DNA of 64,000 nucleotides. Origin: an uncultured delta proteobacterium (GTDB lineage Bacteria > Desulfobacterota > Binatia > UBA9968). Shown one piece after another: positions 1 to 9,941 of this stretch. The notes below the pieces were generated by a model. That model was not told the DNA's origin. It saw only the letters and a program-made list of their open reading frames with translations, and made no database searches. The translations under genes were made by a program, and so were the position numbers. Position 1 is the first letter of the stretch. Each line of letters begins with the position of its first letter. The stretch is from assembly GCA_963737905.1 (NCBI GenBank), contig CAVTUQ010000004.1, positions 96,001 to 160,000 of the forward strand, written 5' to 3'.

Positions 1-4
1 CGCA

Positions 5-589
5 GTGGGAAGCTTGGCCGGCCCCGCGTTGCTCACCCTGAAAATAATCTTGAAAAGCGTCGGCCTCAATTCCGAGGACGTCACTTATATCGTTACCGGT
101 CCGACCGCATCCCGTTACGCGGCGCTCAATTCAGGCGTCGTTGACGCAACCTTGCTCACGCCACCGTTCACCCTTCACGCAAAAAAAGCCGGATATACTC
201 TTTTCGATAATATCGGGGCGATGAAAGAGATCGAGTTCGCAAACGCATCGATTATCACGACGAGAAAATTCGCCCAGCAAGAACCCGCCCTGGTCGAGGC
301 CGTTATCAAGTCGATCGTCGAAGCGCTGCACGTCTATAAGACCAACGCCGCCGAGACGCTGCCGATCTTGAGAAAATATTTGAAAATCCAAAATTCGGAC
401 GAGCTGCAACATGTCTACAAGTTCTACGACTTGGTTGCGAAGCCGTACCCTTCCATCAAGAGCGTCAAACTGTTTTTCGATTGGTCGAAATATCCAAAAG
501 CAAAGACGGCCGACCCGAAGCAATTTGTCGACCCCAGCTTCGTCGAAAAATTGGATCGGCAAGGCTTTATCGATTCACTCTATAAATAA
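5..589 (+). CDS. NitT/TauT-type ABC substrate-binding protein (5' part outside window)
   Basis: RYAALNSGVVDATLLTPP and C-terminal KQFVDPSFVEKLDRQGFIDSLYK, shared with paralogs at 3610-4590 and 39426-40421. Confidence 0.85.
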   Translation: MGSLAGPALLTLKIILKSVGLNSEDVTYIVTGPTASRYAALNSGVVDATLLTPPFTLHAKKAGYTLFDNIGAMKEIEFANASIITTRKFAQQEPALVEAVIKSIVEALHVYKTNAAETLPILRKYLKIQNSDELQHVYKFYDLVAKPYPSIKSVKLFFDWSKYPKAKTADPKQFVDPSFVEKLDRQGFIDSLYK

Positions 590-824
590 GGGCGCTGCCG
601 CGGGCGGCAATTGCATCCCAACCAGGATCTACTTCAGAGATTTTCCGAAGCTTTAACACCGGAGCATTAAGCCGCAGTAATGAGGCGGATTTTCTGTAAA
701 CGAATTGAACCGACCGTAGCGGATGGAACCGACTTCAGCTATTGTCGCCCTAAGTTGTAAAGGTGTAAAACGTTATGTAGACTTAATAGATGGACATTAC
801 TCCACAATAGGATTGAGTAAGACC

Positions 825-1129
825 ATGGAGAAAAAAACACTTAAGATTATCCAAGTGCCCATGGAAGACAGCAACTATTAAAACAGATCGATGCAACCGA
901 AGGCCGCTCTCATTAGCACCGAGGACTTGGAGAGGCTCGAACGATTGTGAAGCAGAGAGACCGCGCAGCATTCATTCGTGAGGCTTGTCAGCAGCGCCTG
1001 AAAAGCCTGCATGCCAAGGAGCTCGATCGCTTGTACATACAAGGACACCAAAGCCGCCCGGAAAATCTCGACTGGGCTGAGAGCTCCGCCAAGTTGCTGT
1101 CCAAACGGCTGCCGAAAGAAAAGTGGTAA
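825..1129 (+). pseudogene. Disrupted ribbon-helix-helix antitoxin upstream of mazF
   Basis: ATG825 gives MEKKTLKIIQVPMEDS then an early stop; RAAFIREAC... resumes in ORF 947-1129, which abuts the toxin start. Confidence 0.6.
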
Positions 1130-1444
1130 ATGAAGCGCGGCGAGGTCTGGTGGGTGGATCTGCCGGCGCCGGCTGGTCGGCGTCCCGCGGTGCTCTTGAG
1201 CCGCGATGCCGCGTATCGCGTACGCGCCGCGATTACAGTCGCGCCTGTCACGCGTACCATTCGAAGTATCCCGGTTGAAGTTATACTGGATCAAAGTGAC
1301 GGCATGCCGGCTCGTTGCGTGGTCAATCTTGACGACATCACGACTCTGCCGAAAGTTCTGATCAAGCAGCGAATCACGGCTCTCTCAACGGAAAAGATCC
1401 AGCAAGTCGATCAGGCGATACGATTTGCTTTGGACTTAGACTGA
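1130..1444 (+). CDS. mazF: PemK/MazF family toxin
   Basis: MKRGEVWWVDL..GRRPAVLLSRD..VAPVT motif, 104 aa. Confidence 0.9.
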   Translation: MKRGEVWWVDLPAPAGRRPAVLLSRDAAYRVRAAITVAPVTRTIRSIPVEVILDQSDGMPARCVVNLDDITTLPKVLIKQRITALSTEKIQQVDQAIRFALDLD

Positions 1445-1633
1445 CGAGCATGACGTATCGAGCAGGTCGTGGATAGACAGGTTAGAGTACTTACAGCTAC
1501 GTTGCGCCCGTCACAACCTGCAGAAACACGACCACATTGTATGAGTGAGATCAGGTACATCAGATGTAAAGGCCCGACCCTTTTTTCTAAGCTCCGCTCA
1601 TCTTCTTGACAAGCAACAATCGTTTTGTAACGA

Positions 1634-2689
1634 ATGAATGTCCTGAAAGCCGAGGCGCACAAAATGATGCGGATACTAAAAGGGTCTTTCTATCAACTTC
1701 TTTGCGGCAGTTTAGCGGCTACGCTGCTTTTCTATACCTCTCCAGTCAATGCTGAAACCCTGGATGAGACCTATCAGAGAGCGTTGAAGGAAGGTGGAAG
1801 ATTAAATCTTTATGGGACTTTGACACCCACCACGGCGGTCGCCGTCCTGTCGATTTTCGAAAAGCGCTTTCCTGGTATTAAAATCGAAAATACCGGCGCG
1901 AGCGGCGATAAGATCGTTGCGCGAGCCATTTCCGAAGCGCGCGGTGGGAGAACCATCGGAGACGCTTTTCACATGAATCTCGAAAACGTGATGCAAGTGC
2001 ACGAACAAGGAATGGTTCTCGAAAAGGTTCCGCCTGAAGCCGACCTCTATTCCAATAATCTAAAGGGCTCCTACTGGGTAGGCACTCGAATAAATACGAT
2101 CGTGGCGGCGTGGAATACAAATCTACTTAAAAAGCAGGAAGAACCCAAACAGTTCGAGGACTTTGCCGATCCAAAGTGGAAGGGCAAGCTTCTAGCGGAG
2201 CCGCGTGATGCCGAGCTTCTGGTTGCCTTCGCCAACCACAAGTACAACAACCTCGACAAAGCTGTAGCGCTACTCCAAAAAATTGCCGCGAATGACGTGG
2301 AATTTCATCCTGGCCATCCGCAGTTGGTGGAGCTCCTGGTCGCCGGACAAGGTTCTGCTTGCATCACTTGTTACACCCATCATCTGTTGCCCAGGATGAA
2401 GAAAGGTGCGCCGATCGCGTACATGTTCTCCGAGGGGATAGGTACGGTGAGTGCCACCGCGGTATTCAAAAATGCGTCTCATCCGAACTCGGCGTGGCTT
2501 TTTTTCCGCTGGGCTTTGACCGACGAAGGACAAAAAGCATTTGCTATCGAAGGCCGCATGCCCGCCAATCCGAAAATAGAGCCGGTTGAGAAGACAGGAC
2601 TCGACAAAGTCTATACGCTAGGTGAAAAGGATTCCCGAGATTTTTCTAAATACGAGAAAATTTGGAAGGGAATATTTAAGCTCAGATAA
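1634..2689 (+). CDS. Extracellular solute-binding protein (iron/thiamine-type)
   Basis: Signal peptide, AWNTNL..PK..ED..DPKWKG, HPNSAWLFFRW..TDEGQ; paralog of 11964-13016. Confidence 0.85.
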   Translation: MNVLKAEAHKMMRILKGSFYQLLCGSLAATLLFYTSPVNAETLDETYQRALKEGGRLNLYGTLTPTTAVAVLSIFEKRFPGIKIENTGASGDKIVARAISEARGGRTIGDAFHMNLENVMQVHEQGMVLEKVPPEADLYSNNLKGSYWVGTRINTIVAAWNTNLLKKQEEPKQFEDFADPKWKGKLLAEPRDAELLVAFANHKYNNLDKAVALLQKIAANDVEFHPGHPQLVELLVAGQGSACITCYTHHLLPRMKKGAPIAYMFSEGIGTVSATAVFKNASHPNSAWLFFRWALTDEGQKAFAIEGRMPANPKIEPVEKTGLDKVYTLGEKDSRDFSKYEKIWKGIFKLR

Positions 2690-2710
2690 CGTGCGGCAGT
2701 CGCCAATCCG

Positions 2711-3523
2711 ATGAGACCCATCCCCATCCCCGCGCAGGTTCCGGCCAAGGACGGCATGGCGCAGATTCCCGACACCCGTCTCTGGTACTGGGACACGGGT
2801 GGCCAGGGGGTACCGATCGTGCTTCTGCATCCGGCGACCGGTAGCGCTTTGATCTGGGGTTACCAGCAGCCGGTGCTAGCGAAGGCTGGCTACCGCGTCA
2901 TCGCCTATTCGCGGCGTGGCTATTACAACTCTGCACCCTTCGACCGGAACAATCCTGGTATCGGCTCCGAGGACCTTAGGCACCTCGCGGATGTCCTGGG
3001 CCTTGGACGATTTCATGTGGTGGCGTCGGCGGCCGGCGGCAGTATTGCGTCGGACTTCGCGTTCTCTTACCAGGACCGGCTCCTGAGCCTGACCATTTCC
3101 AGCAATTCCTTCGGGGTGCGCGACGGGGAGATCGCGAAGGCGGCGGCGTTCATTCGCCCCAAGGGCTTTGAGCAATTGCCGGCCGAATTTCGCGAGATCG
3201 GTCCATCATACCGAGCAGCCAACCCCGAAGGCGTGAAGGCGTGGCTGGAGCTCGAGCACAAAGCGCTGATTGGCTCCGAATATCGACAAACGCTCAAGAA
3301 TGAGATCACTCAGGCGAGGCTCAAGGATCTCAAGCTGCCGACGCTGCTGATTGCCGGCGCTGCGGACTTGTTGACGCCGCCGTCTATCTCGCGGATGATC
3401 GCGGCCGAGATTCCCAACAGCCGGGTGGTGCTGATGCCCGAGGCCGGTCACTCGTCGTACTGGGAGCAGCCGGAGATCTTCAATCGCGCCGTGCTCGAGT
3501 TCATCGGCGGCCAGTCGAAATAG
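2711..3523 (+). CDS. Alpha/beta hydrolase fold protein
   Basis: IVLLHP, YSRRGY, PTLLIAGAAD, EAGHSSYWEQPEIFN. Confidence 0.85.
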   Translation: MRPIPIPAQVPAKDGMAQIPDTRLWYWDTGGQGVPIVLLHPATGSALIWGYQQPVLAKAGYRVIAYSRRGYYNSAPFDRNNPGIGSEDLRHLADVLGLGRFHVVASAAGGSIASDFAFSYQDRLLSLTISSNSFGVRDGEIAKAAAFIRPKGFEQLPAEFREIGPSYRAANPEGVKAWLELEHKALIGSEYRQTLKNEITQARLKDLKLPTLLIAGAADLLTPPSISRMIAAEIPNSRVVLMPEAGHSSYWEQPEIFNRAVLEFIGGQSK

Positions 3524-3609
3524 CCCGAAGGTTCACAACTTTGGCGTGGGAGGTGGTGCAGTCTCATTTTTAGAGAGTGCGGGTCTAGACTTGCCTAAGT
3601 CTACCGGAG

Positions 3610-4590
3610 TTACTTATACAGGCTGTCAATGTAGCCGGACTTGTCCAATTCCTGAATAAAACGCGAGTCCATGAACTCGGCCGGGTTGGCCGAGCGCGCG
3701 GCCGGGAGTTTCTTTGCCAGCTCATCGAGAATCGTCTTAAACCCTTCCGCCGATGGATAGGGCTTGACTTCTGCCGTCGCTTTCAGCTGCTGATAAGAAT
3801 CCTCCAGAACTTTCTCGTCTTTGATTTTCATATAGCGCGCGATCGCGCGTTTCGGGACCGCTGGATTAACGCGGATTAGCTGGACGCCTTCGACGATCGA
3901 CTTGACCACTCGGCGCACCACGTCGGGGTTTTTGGCAATATACTTTTGGGTCGTGTTGAGCCCCACTTGCTGAAACGGAATATCCATCTCCTCCATGTTG
4001 GCGAACACGCGCATCCCGGCTTCGACGGCTTTGTTGTAGTACGGCGGCTGAAGCAGCGCCCCGTCGAAGGTTTTGCCCGCGATCAACGAAGTCGCCACCA
4101 CCGGAGCGGAATCGCCGACTTGAATTAATCGGACATCCCGCTCAGGGTCGACGCCGAGTCTATTCAGCAGCAGCCGCATGGTGGCGTCGTTCACCGTGCC
4201 ATAACGCGTCACCCCCAGAACCTTCCCTTTGAGCTCGGCCAGCGTGCGAATTTCCGGCCGCACTACAAGGCGATAATTAAGCTTCTGCTGAAAGCTTACG
4301 ATCATCACCAGATCGGCGCCTTGCACCCGCGCCGGCGCCAACAGGCTCGCCGAATAGCTGCACATGTCGATCTCGCCGGCGATCATCGCCGACTGGCCGA
4401 GATTGTTGCGCAGGAAAAGAATCTCAGGATTCAACCCGTTCCTTTCAAAGAGCTTGCCTTCCTGGGCGACCCACAACATCGCCGTCGCCGGGCTCAAGCC
4501 GGAGTAGCCGATGCGGATTCTATCAGCGGCGAAGCTCGGAGAGATAAACAGGAACGAGATCAGAAATGACAGTAACGCGAGGAATTTCAC
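3610..4590 (-). CDS. NitT/TauT-type ABC substrate-binding protein
   Basis: Signal peptide, IRIGYS, ELKGKVLGVTRYG, FMDSRFIQELDKSGYIDSLYK. Confidence 0.85.
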   Translation of the reverse strand: MKFLALLSFLISFLFISPSFAADRIRIGYSGLSPATAMLWVAQEGKLFERNGLNPEILFLRNNLGQSAMIAGEIDMCSYSASLLAPARVQGADLVMIVSFQQKLNYRLVVRPEIRTLAELKGKVLGVTRYGTVNDATMRLLLNRLGVDPERDVRLIQVGDSAPVVATSLIAGKTFDGALLQPPYYNKAVEAGMRVFANMEEMDIPFQQVGLNTTQKYIAKNPDVVRRVVKSIVEGVQLIRVNPAVPKRAIARYMKIKDEKVLEDSYQQLKATAEVKPYPSAEGFKTILDELAKKLPAARSANPAEFMDSRFIQELDKSGYIDSLYK

Positions 4591-4790
4591 GCCATTGGTC
4601 TCCTTAATTTCTGTCTATGCCTTCACTCTTTCTCTCTCCCATTGCGCTAGAGAACTCCGGAAGTCGGACCGCTAAGACTCAAGGCAGGCTTTTGGAACGA
4701 GTGAAACTGGCTTCGTTTTAGATAACGCTGAATCAATAGTATGCGTGGTCGACCCGAGATTTAGCGCTCACGACGTCGTTCGCCCATGGC

Positions 4791-5150
4791 CTACCGCTTC
4801 GCCGCTGAGCGAAGGGCCCTATCCGATTTCCTCGGCCGCTTATTGGACCGAGCACGACGACCATTTCCTGCCGGGCTGCGCAAGTGCACGGATTTTTCAG
4901 GACGATGTGCCGGGACGCCGTGAAGCATTCCTTCAACGCTGATGTCTTCATCGACCTCCGGCCAGTGCACTCCTTGTCCATCGCCGATGAGCTCAAAACG
5001 TCGTCGTTGTTTGACCGTTGCTTCCGACAAACGCCAGGACCATACCAACGGCACACTCAACACCCGACCGTCCACCAGGTAAGCGATGATCGCATCTGAA
5101 GTAACTTTCACATTTCGAATCCTGGGCTCAATGTTCTCCACAATGCTCAT
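4791..5150 (-). CDS. DUF2442 family protein (putative antitoxin)
   Basis: DGRVLSVPL.W..RL..AT..Q...FELIGDG.GVHWP..DEDISVEG. Confidence 0.85.
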   Translation of the reverse strand: MSIVENIEPRIRNVKVTSDAIIAYLVDGRVLSVPLVWSWRLSEATVKQRRRFELIGDGQGVHWPEVDEDISVEGMLHGVPAHRPEKSVHLRSPAGNGRRARSNKRPRKSDRALRSAAKR

Positions 5151-5370
5151 GCCATGCCTCCGTTATGGTATCCCGGTGAATTCCGATCAATCGCCGGATG
5201 GTGTTTAGTTCCCTAGCGGTGAATCCGTGATTTTTCGCCAATTGGATCGGTTCCAACCAGAATTTGCAGGTCCGCCGTTCCCGACGTACATGAATGTGAA
5301 TTGGTTCGTTGCAGTCAAAGCTATAAAAGAAGAACCAGTACGGTCCTGGAATACCCTGAATCTTCGGCAT
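5128..5370 (-). CDS. DUF4160 family protein (putative toxin)
   Basis: FFFYS.D..EP.HIHV....CKFWL; overlaps the DUF2442 gene. Confidence 0.85.
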   Translation of the reverse strand: MPKIQGIPGPYWFFFYSFDCNEPIHIHVRRERRTCKFWLEPIQLAKNHGFTARELNTIRRLIGIHRDTITEAWHEHCGEH

Positions 5371-5566
5371 TCAATCACATGCCAATCTTTCCCGTCAAAA
5401 GACTAGCACGACTTAGCACTTGCCGCCACGAGCTCCATTAGACGCCCCAATGACCGTCGTGGTTCGGACCAGGCTAAGTCTGAGCAGTGCAGCAAATTTC
5501 TACCACGGGATCGCGTTTTTTAGTGTTAGTACCTCATTTCCCGGCGCGAATTCGCGCCCGTGAGCT

Positions 5567-5700
5567 TTACTTAGATTCCCGCAGTGCATACACCACCTGC
5601 CCGCTCGACTTCGCGTGCATGGCCCTCGAAACCAAGCTCGCTTTTGACCTTCTCAGCGAAAGCCAAACTGCCAACCGCAAATTGCTCTGACCAGCGTCGA
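5567..5700 (-). mobile_element. 3' remnant of a Y1/RAYT-like transposase
   Basis: RWSEQFAVGSLAFAEKVKSELG..HAREV..GG/YALRE resembles C-terminal tails of this family as I recall them; no catalytic domain. Confidence 0.45.
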
Positions 5701-6145
5701 ATCTTTCGAGAATTCCCGAATTTCGAATTTCCACGTTCTGTTTCTGTAAACCATTTGAACGGAGCGTTACGGTTGAAGATATAATGAGAAATTTGTCCAA
5801 CTATAGTAGTCAACAGCGTCCCCGGCCCCGGCCGCCGGGACCTTAGCCTTCACGATTCATCTCTTAGACGAAATGTATTAGTGCAAGACCCCTATACAGA
5901 GGTCAAAGAGAACAGCGGTAATGACGGCGAAAACTTGTGCGATTGACTACTCGCCGCTGCGGCGATAAAGCTCCCGTCAAAGAAAAAGGGTGTCTAAAAT
6001 TCCTATACGTGGCACTGCGCGACCATCGCAGCACGGCGGTCAGATGATCTCTCGTCCGGGGATCGGCGCGAAGGCCGTGCCGGACGGTAGCTTGAGCGTA
6101 TCATCCGGACGCGGGTTTCCCGCAACTTAGTGAAAGGCGAACTCA

Positions 6146-6919
6146 ATGGGTGAATACACTCTGCCCCATAAGTTAGTGGGCGAACAGCAACGGTTGGCGC
6201 TAATGTCAGCGTTGCTGGATCCCGTCGAGCTCGCTCACATTGATCGACTTGGAGTGCGTCCAGGCTGGCGGTGCCTGGAAGTCGGCTGTGGCAACGGATC
6301 GATCTCCCAGGCTCTGGCTGAGCGCGTGGCGCCCGCTGGTCACGTAGTCGCGAGCGACATCGATCTCAGTTGTATCGTGGACCAGCAATTGCCGTGTCTC
6401 GAGGTCCGCCGAATCGATATCCTTGAGGATGTAGTAGAAGCAGGTGGCTACGATTTCGTCGTCGCGCGTGCCCTGCTTCACCATCTCACGCCTGCGCGTA
6501 AGGCCTTGGAAGGCATGGTCAGCGCGCTGAAGCCCGGAGGCACGCTGCTTTCCGTCGAACCGGACATGCTGCCCTGCACTGTCGCCGAGCCGGATTCGAT
6601 GCACAGGTTCTGGGAAGGATGGCTAAAGTGGTCGGTTGAAGCTGGCATCGATTACTTTGTCGGCCGCAAAATTCCCGCCTGGCTGGATTCGCTCGGACTG
6701 AAGGATGTTGCGGGCGAAGGGCACACCGCGCAGTTCAACGGCGGGTCAGATTGGGCGACATACTGGACCGAGACCGTGCGGGAGTTGGCGCCCTCACTGC
6801 TGAAATCGAGTTATGTTACCGAGAGCATGCTCGAGGAGTTTCATGCCCGTCATCACGACCCGCATTATTGGACCAGCGTCATGACATTCACGGCCAATTG
6901 GGGACGCAAGCCGGCATGA
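6146..6919 (+). CDS. Class I SAM-dependent methyltransferase
   Basis: CLEVGCGNG, YDFVVAR, LKPGG motifs. Confidence 0.9.
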   Translation: MGEYTLPHKLVGEQQRLALMSALLDPVELAHIDRLGVRPGWRCLEVGCGNGSISQALAERVAPAGHVVASDIDLSCIVDQQLPCLEVRRIDILEDVVEAGGYDFVVARALLHHLTPARKALEGMVSALKPGGTLLSVEPDMLPCTVAEPDSMHRFWEGWLKWSVEAGIDYFVGRKIPAWLDSLGLKDVAGEGHTAQFNGGSDWATYWTETVRELAPSLLKSSYVTESMLEEFHARHHDPHYWTSVMTFTANWGRKPA

Positions 6920-7205
6920 GCCAAGATTGGCGATAGCGAGAGAGTTGATTGAAATGTGGCTTTCACTCAGCTCGTCACACTGTTGACTAAGCGAGTAGGT
7001 CATGGAAACGCTCATCGGGTCGCGAACACAAGAACCGGTTCAATTAATCGGATGTGGCACGGCTAGAGTTTGTCCAGTAGTCAACAGCGGCCCTGTCGCC
7101 TCTGCAAGTTTTGTTTATGTGATTTACTTAATAGATTTAGGCAAGTCTGACACAGCCTCCAACCACGAGTGTCTCGGCAAATATTGCGGTTAGGCTCGGC
7201 ATACT

Positions 7206-7673
7206 TTAGTCCGAGGCGTGGTTAATTAGAATCTGATACTCCCATAGTTCTCCCGCCTTAATCGTGACCGGACAAGCCTCGTCATTCATATTTCCAAACA
7301 TACAGTATTTTTTACCCTCGTCTTCGACTAAGACACTGTAAGATCCCGCTGGCAGTTCTATTTCATACAAGCCATTCTTTGATTTTACGACCCGGAGAGG
7401 AGGCATAGCTCTTGGTAGGTATGGACCGCGCCACTCATGTTTTAAACCGAGAACCGAATAAATGTAGATCTCACGGTCGACAAGCCTGCGAGTACAAGGA
7501 TCCCTTTCTGGCGGCATATCCACTGTACCGTCTTCTCGCCGGTGCACGATGCGAGGCTGACTGCGTATTCCGATGAAATCGGCACCGATTCCGAAGCAAA
7601 TCGGCAATCCGAGGAGTCGGAGCGAAGCGACGCTGGGATTTTGTTCATAACCTAAGGGTACTGTTGGTTGCAA
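7206..7673 (-). CDS. Hypothetical protein (start uncertain; possibly a remnant)
   Basis: NGLYEIELPAGSYSV resembles a carboxypeptidase-regulatory-like beta-sandwich. Confidence 0.35.
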   Translation of the reverse strand: MQPTVPLGYEQNPSVASLRLLGLPICFGIGADFIGIRSQPRIVHRREDGTVDMPPERDPCTRRLVDREIYIYSVLGLKHEWRGPYLPRAMPPLRVVKSKNGLYEIELPAGSYSVLVEDEGKKYCMFGNMNDEACPVTIKAGELWEYQILINHASD

Positions 7674-7683
7674 GTCCGTTAAA

Positions 7684-8097
7684 TCATTTCTTGGTTTTTC
7701 TGATCGACTCTCCTTTCAGTTCGATTTTGTAAGCGTGGTGCAGCAAGCGATCCAAGATGGCATCGGCGACGGTGGGTTCACCGATGATGGTATGCCAGTC
7801 TTTGATCGGGCACTGGCTGGTGATGACAGTGGGATTTTTCTGATAGCGGTCCTCGATGATTTCGAGCAGATCGTTACGTTGCGAATCATCGAGTGGAGTC
7901 AGAAACAGATCATCGAGGATAAGCAGTTGGACCTTGGCCAAGCGGGTGAGCATTTTGAGATGGGAGCCGTCGGCTTTGGCTTGAAGGAGCATTTCGAACA
8001 GACGCGGAGCGCGCAGATAGAGTACGGTGTAACCGTGGCGCGCAACGAAGTTGCCGAGCGCGCAGGCGATGTAACTTTTGCCGACGCCCGTGGGCCC
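7684..8097 (-). mobile_element. istB: Truncated IS21-family helper ATPase IstB (from Walker A to C-terminus)
   Basis: GPTGVGKS, LLILDD, ADAILDRLLHHAYKIELKGESIRK; N-terminus and istA absent. Confidence 0.85.
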
Positions 8098-8601
8098 TCG
8101 AGTGATGGACGTATCGGAAAAGACGACGTTCGAATTCTGAGTAGAGCAAATTTCGAACGGCGAATTGAGGAATTGAAACAGGATTCCGAGGGACAAGAAC
8201 AAGATGCTCTTATCCGCGGCATTTATGTGCTTCGCCAATTCTGCGTTGTTGAGAGAAAAACCAATGTTGTACTTGTTTCGGAAGCCACCCTGCAGCAGAA
8301 CACGAAGATCAGGGCCCTGCTCTATCGATTGCTAGATTATAGAATTATCCATAGTGCGGGAACAGCACTGACTCATAAATCGCAGCCCGGTACGTATCAC
8401 GCGTTCGCGATCGATATTGGTTGTTATGCCCACATGCGCGTGCTCGAGGATAAGTTCACTGAAATTGACCTTGCGGATCCGGAAGCCAAAGAAAAGATGA
8501 GGTCTGCTCCTATCTTAGATGAGAAGGACTTCGAAACCATTTGGGAGTCTGTTCCCACAGACCCCGAACTAGCTTTAAAAAACCAGGAAACCTTGTCGTA
8601 A
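8098..8601 (+). pseudogene. 3' fragment of an unidentified lower-GC gene joined back-to-back to istB
   Basis: Open frame ending ...LLYRLLDYRIIH...FAIDIGCY...ETLS*; its 5' side is only the antisense of istB. Confidence 0.5.
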
Positions 8602-9039
8602 AAAGTCAAACATATCTGTTTCCGCTACATGTTTCCAAAACTAGACAGACTCACGCTCAGGAAGCTACCTCCATAAGAAAATTTCTGGGGTGCAAATGGA
8701 CGAGACTCGATTCCAGGACGGTTCAGCGGCAGAGTCGGAGAATCAGGCTTGAATACGTGAATAAAGCGAGAATAGGTCAGGATCAAGAAGATTTCATTGG
8801 AATTCATTGGTGATTGGAATTCCTTGGTGTCAGACTTGTCTAACTCTATTAACCTAACTTCCCTGATCGTAATCATGTGCATTCCACCAGCTTGAGCGGA
8901 GGCGCCAGGATCACGCACGATAATCTCGCAGAACTGCAAGCCGCGACACATCGAAAATTGAGAGAGTCTCTGCGTTCCGAGTCGACCGTTTTACTGACCG
9001 CCTGGCTACCTAAAACTCAAAAAGCTTCGTTATCCCAGT

Positions 9040-9160
9040 AACTCTCCGTCCAGCCTGCGCCGCGGCTGGACGATAGAGTTGGGAATACTCCTTCCCGTTG
9101 TCGTAGGCGATCTTCTCGCTGGCCTTCTGCGCACGGTCCGGATGATTCCACAGATACTTG
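9040..9160 (-). pseudogene. 3' remnant of an amidohydrolase paralog
   Basis: KYLWNHPDRAQKASEKIAYDNGKEYSQL matches the C-terminus of 17707-18792 (KYLWNHPDLSRKTKEKIAYHNGKEYFQL). Confidence 0.75.
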
Positions 9161-9282
9161 CGCGTCGAGGGCCGGCCTGAGTAATTGACTTGTCCGTGCG
9201 GTGAACCAGATTCGAGCAAGCTTCATCGCGTCGATCGTCCGCTGCTGTGAAAGTTTGCTCACGGCCTTCATGGGCCGGCGGA

Positions 9283-9576
9283 TTACTGTTTCATATCGTT
9301 GGTCACGAAATCGTTCCATTCACTGATCGCCTCACTTGCCGCGCGGCGGTGGATCGTGGCGGCATCTTCCTGCTGTCGAACAAACTCCTCGATGCAGGAT
9401 TTGTATGCATTCACTGCTTCGTTAAATTTGTCTGCTTCCTGTTGGGTCTTGATCTCAGCAGCTTTACCTGGCTTGCGACATGAGTGAGAGGGAGCAGAAG
9501 AGTCCGCCGCGTTGGCGAGTGGCGCGGCAAATACTAGAAATACAATGGCGGCGATGCGGCGAATGCGGGCTTTCAT
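9283..9576 (-). CDS. Small secreted helical protein with two Cys
   Basis: GGAGGGAG RBS, signal peptide ending ANA, 97 aa. Confidence 0.7.
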   Translation of the reverse strand: MKARIRRIAAIVFLVFAAPLANAADSSAPSHSCRKPGKAAEIKTQQEADKFNEAVNAYKSCIEEFVRQQEDAATIHRRAASEAISEWNDFVTNDMKQ

Positions 9577-9941
9577 GGCTCCCTCCAGAGGTTTACTTTT
9601 ATCGCATTAAATCATGCGGAATCCTACAGCCGCGCAGGCGTACCAACGCTAAGGAGCATTCTAGAAAAATCCTTGGATATCGTCACCCTCGCCGACGATC
9701 CGTCTTTGCACACGAGCTGTGCGAAGTAAAAAGAAATTGGACCGAGACTTTCTGAAGCGAACTTGTGTCGCAAAAGAAGATAGATCAAATAGTTTTGACA
9801 CGACCTCATTCTAATTTTTTCTTGATTAGAGCGAAATTCTGGATTAGATGAGAGTATCGCGAAATCCACTCGACATTTTGTGCGGAGAATCTGCCCTATC
9901 TGGCATGCGCCCAAGACGGCCGCGGACAGCAGGAGATATTC

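Noticed and set aside
4760-4860. attC-like end after the DUF2442 gene (integron cassette)
   Set aside because: Core sites are degenerate; no integrase or cassette array in the window.
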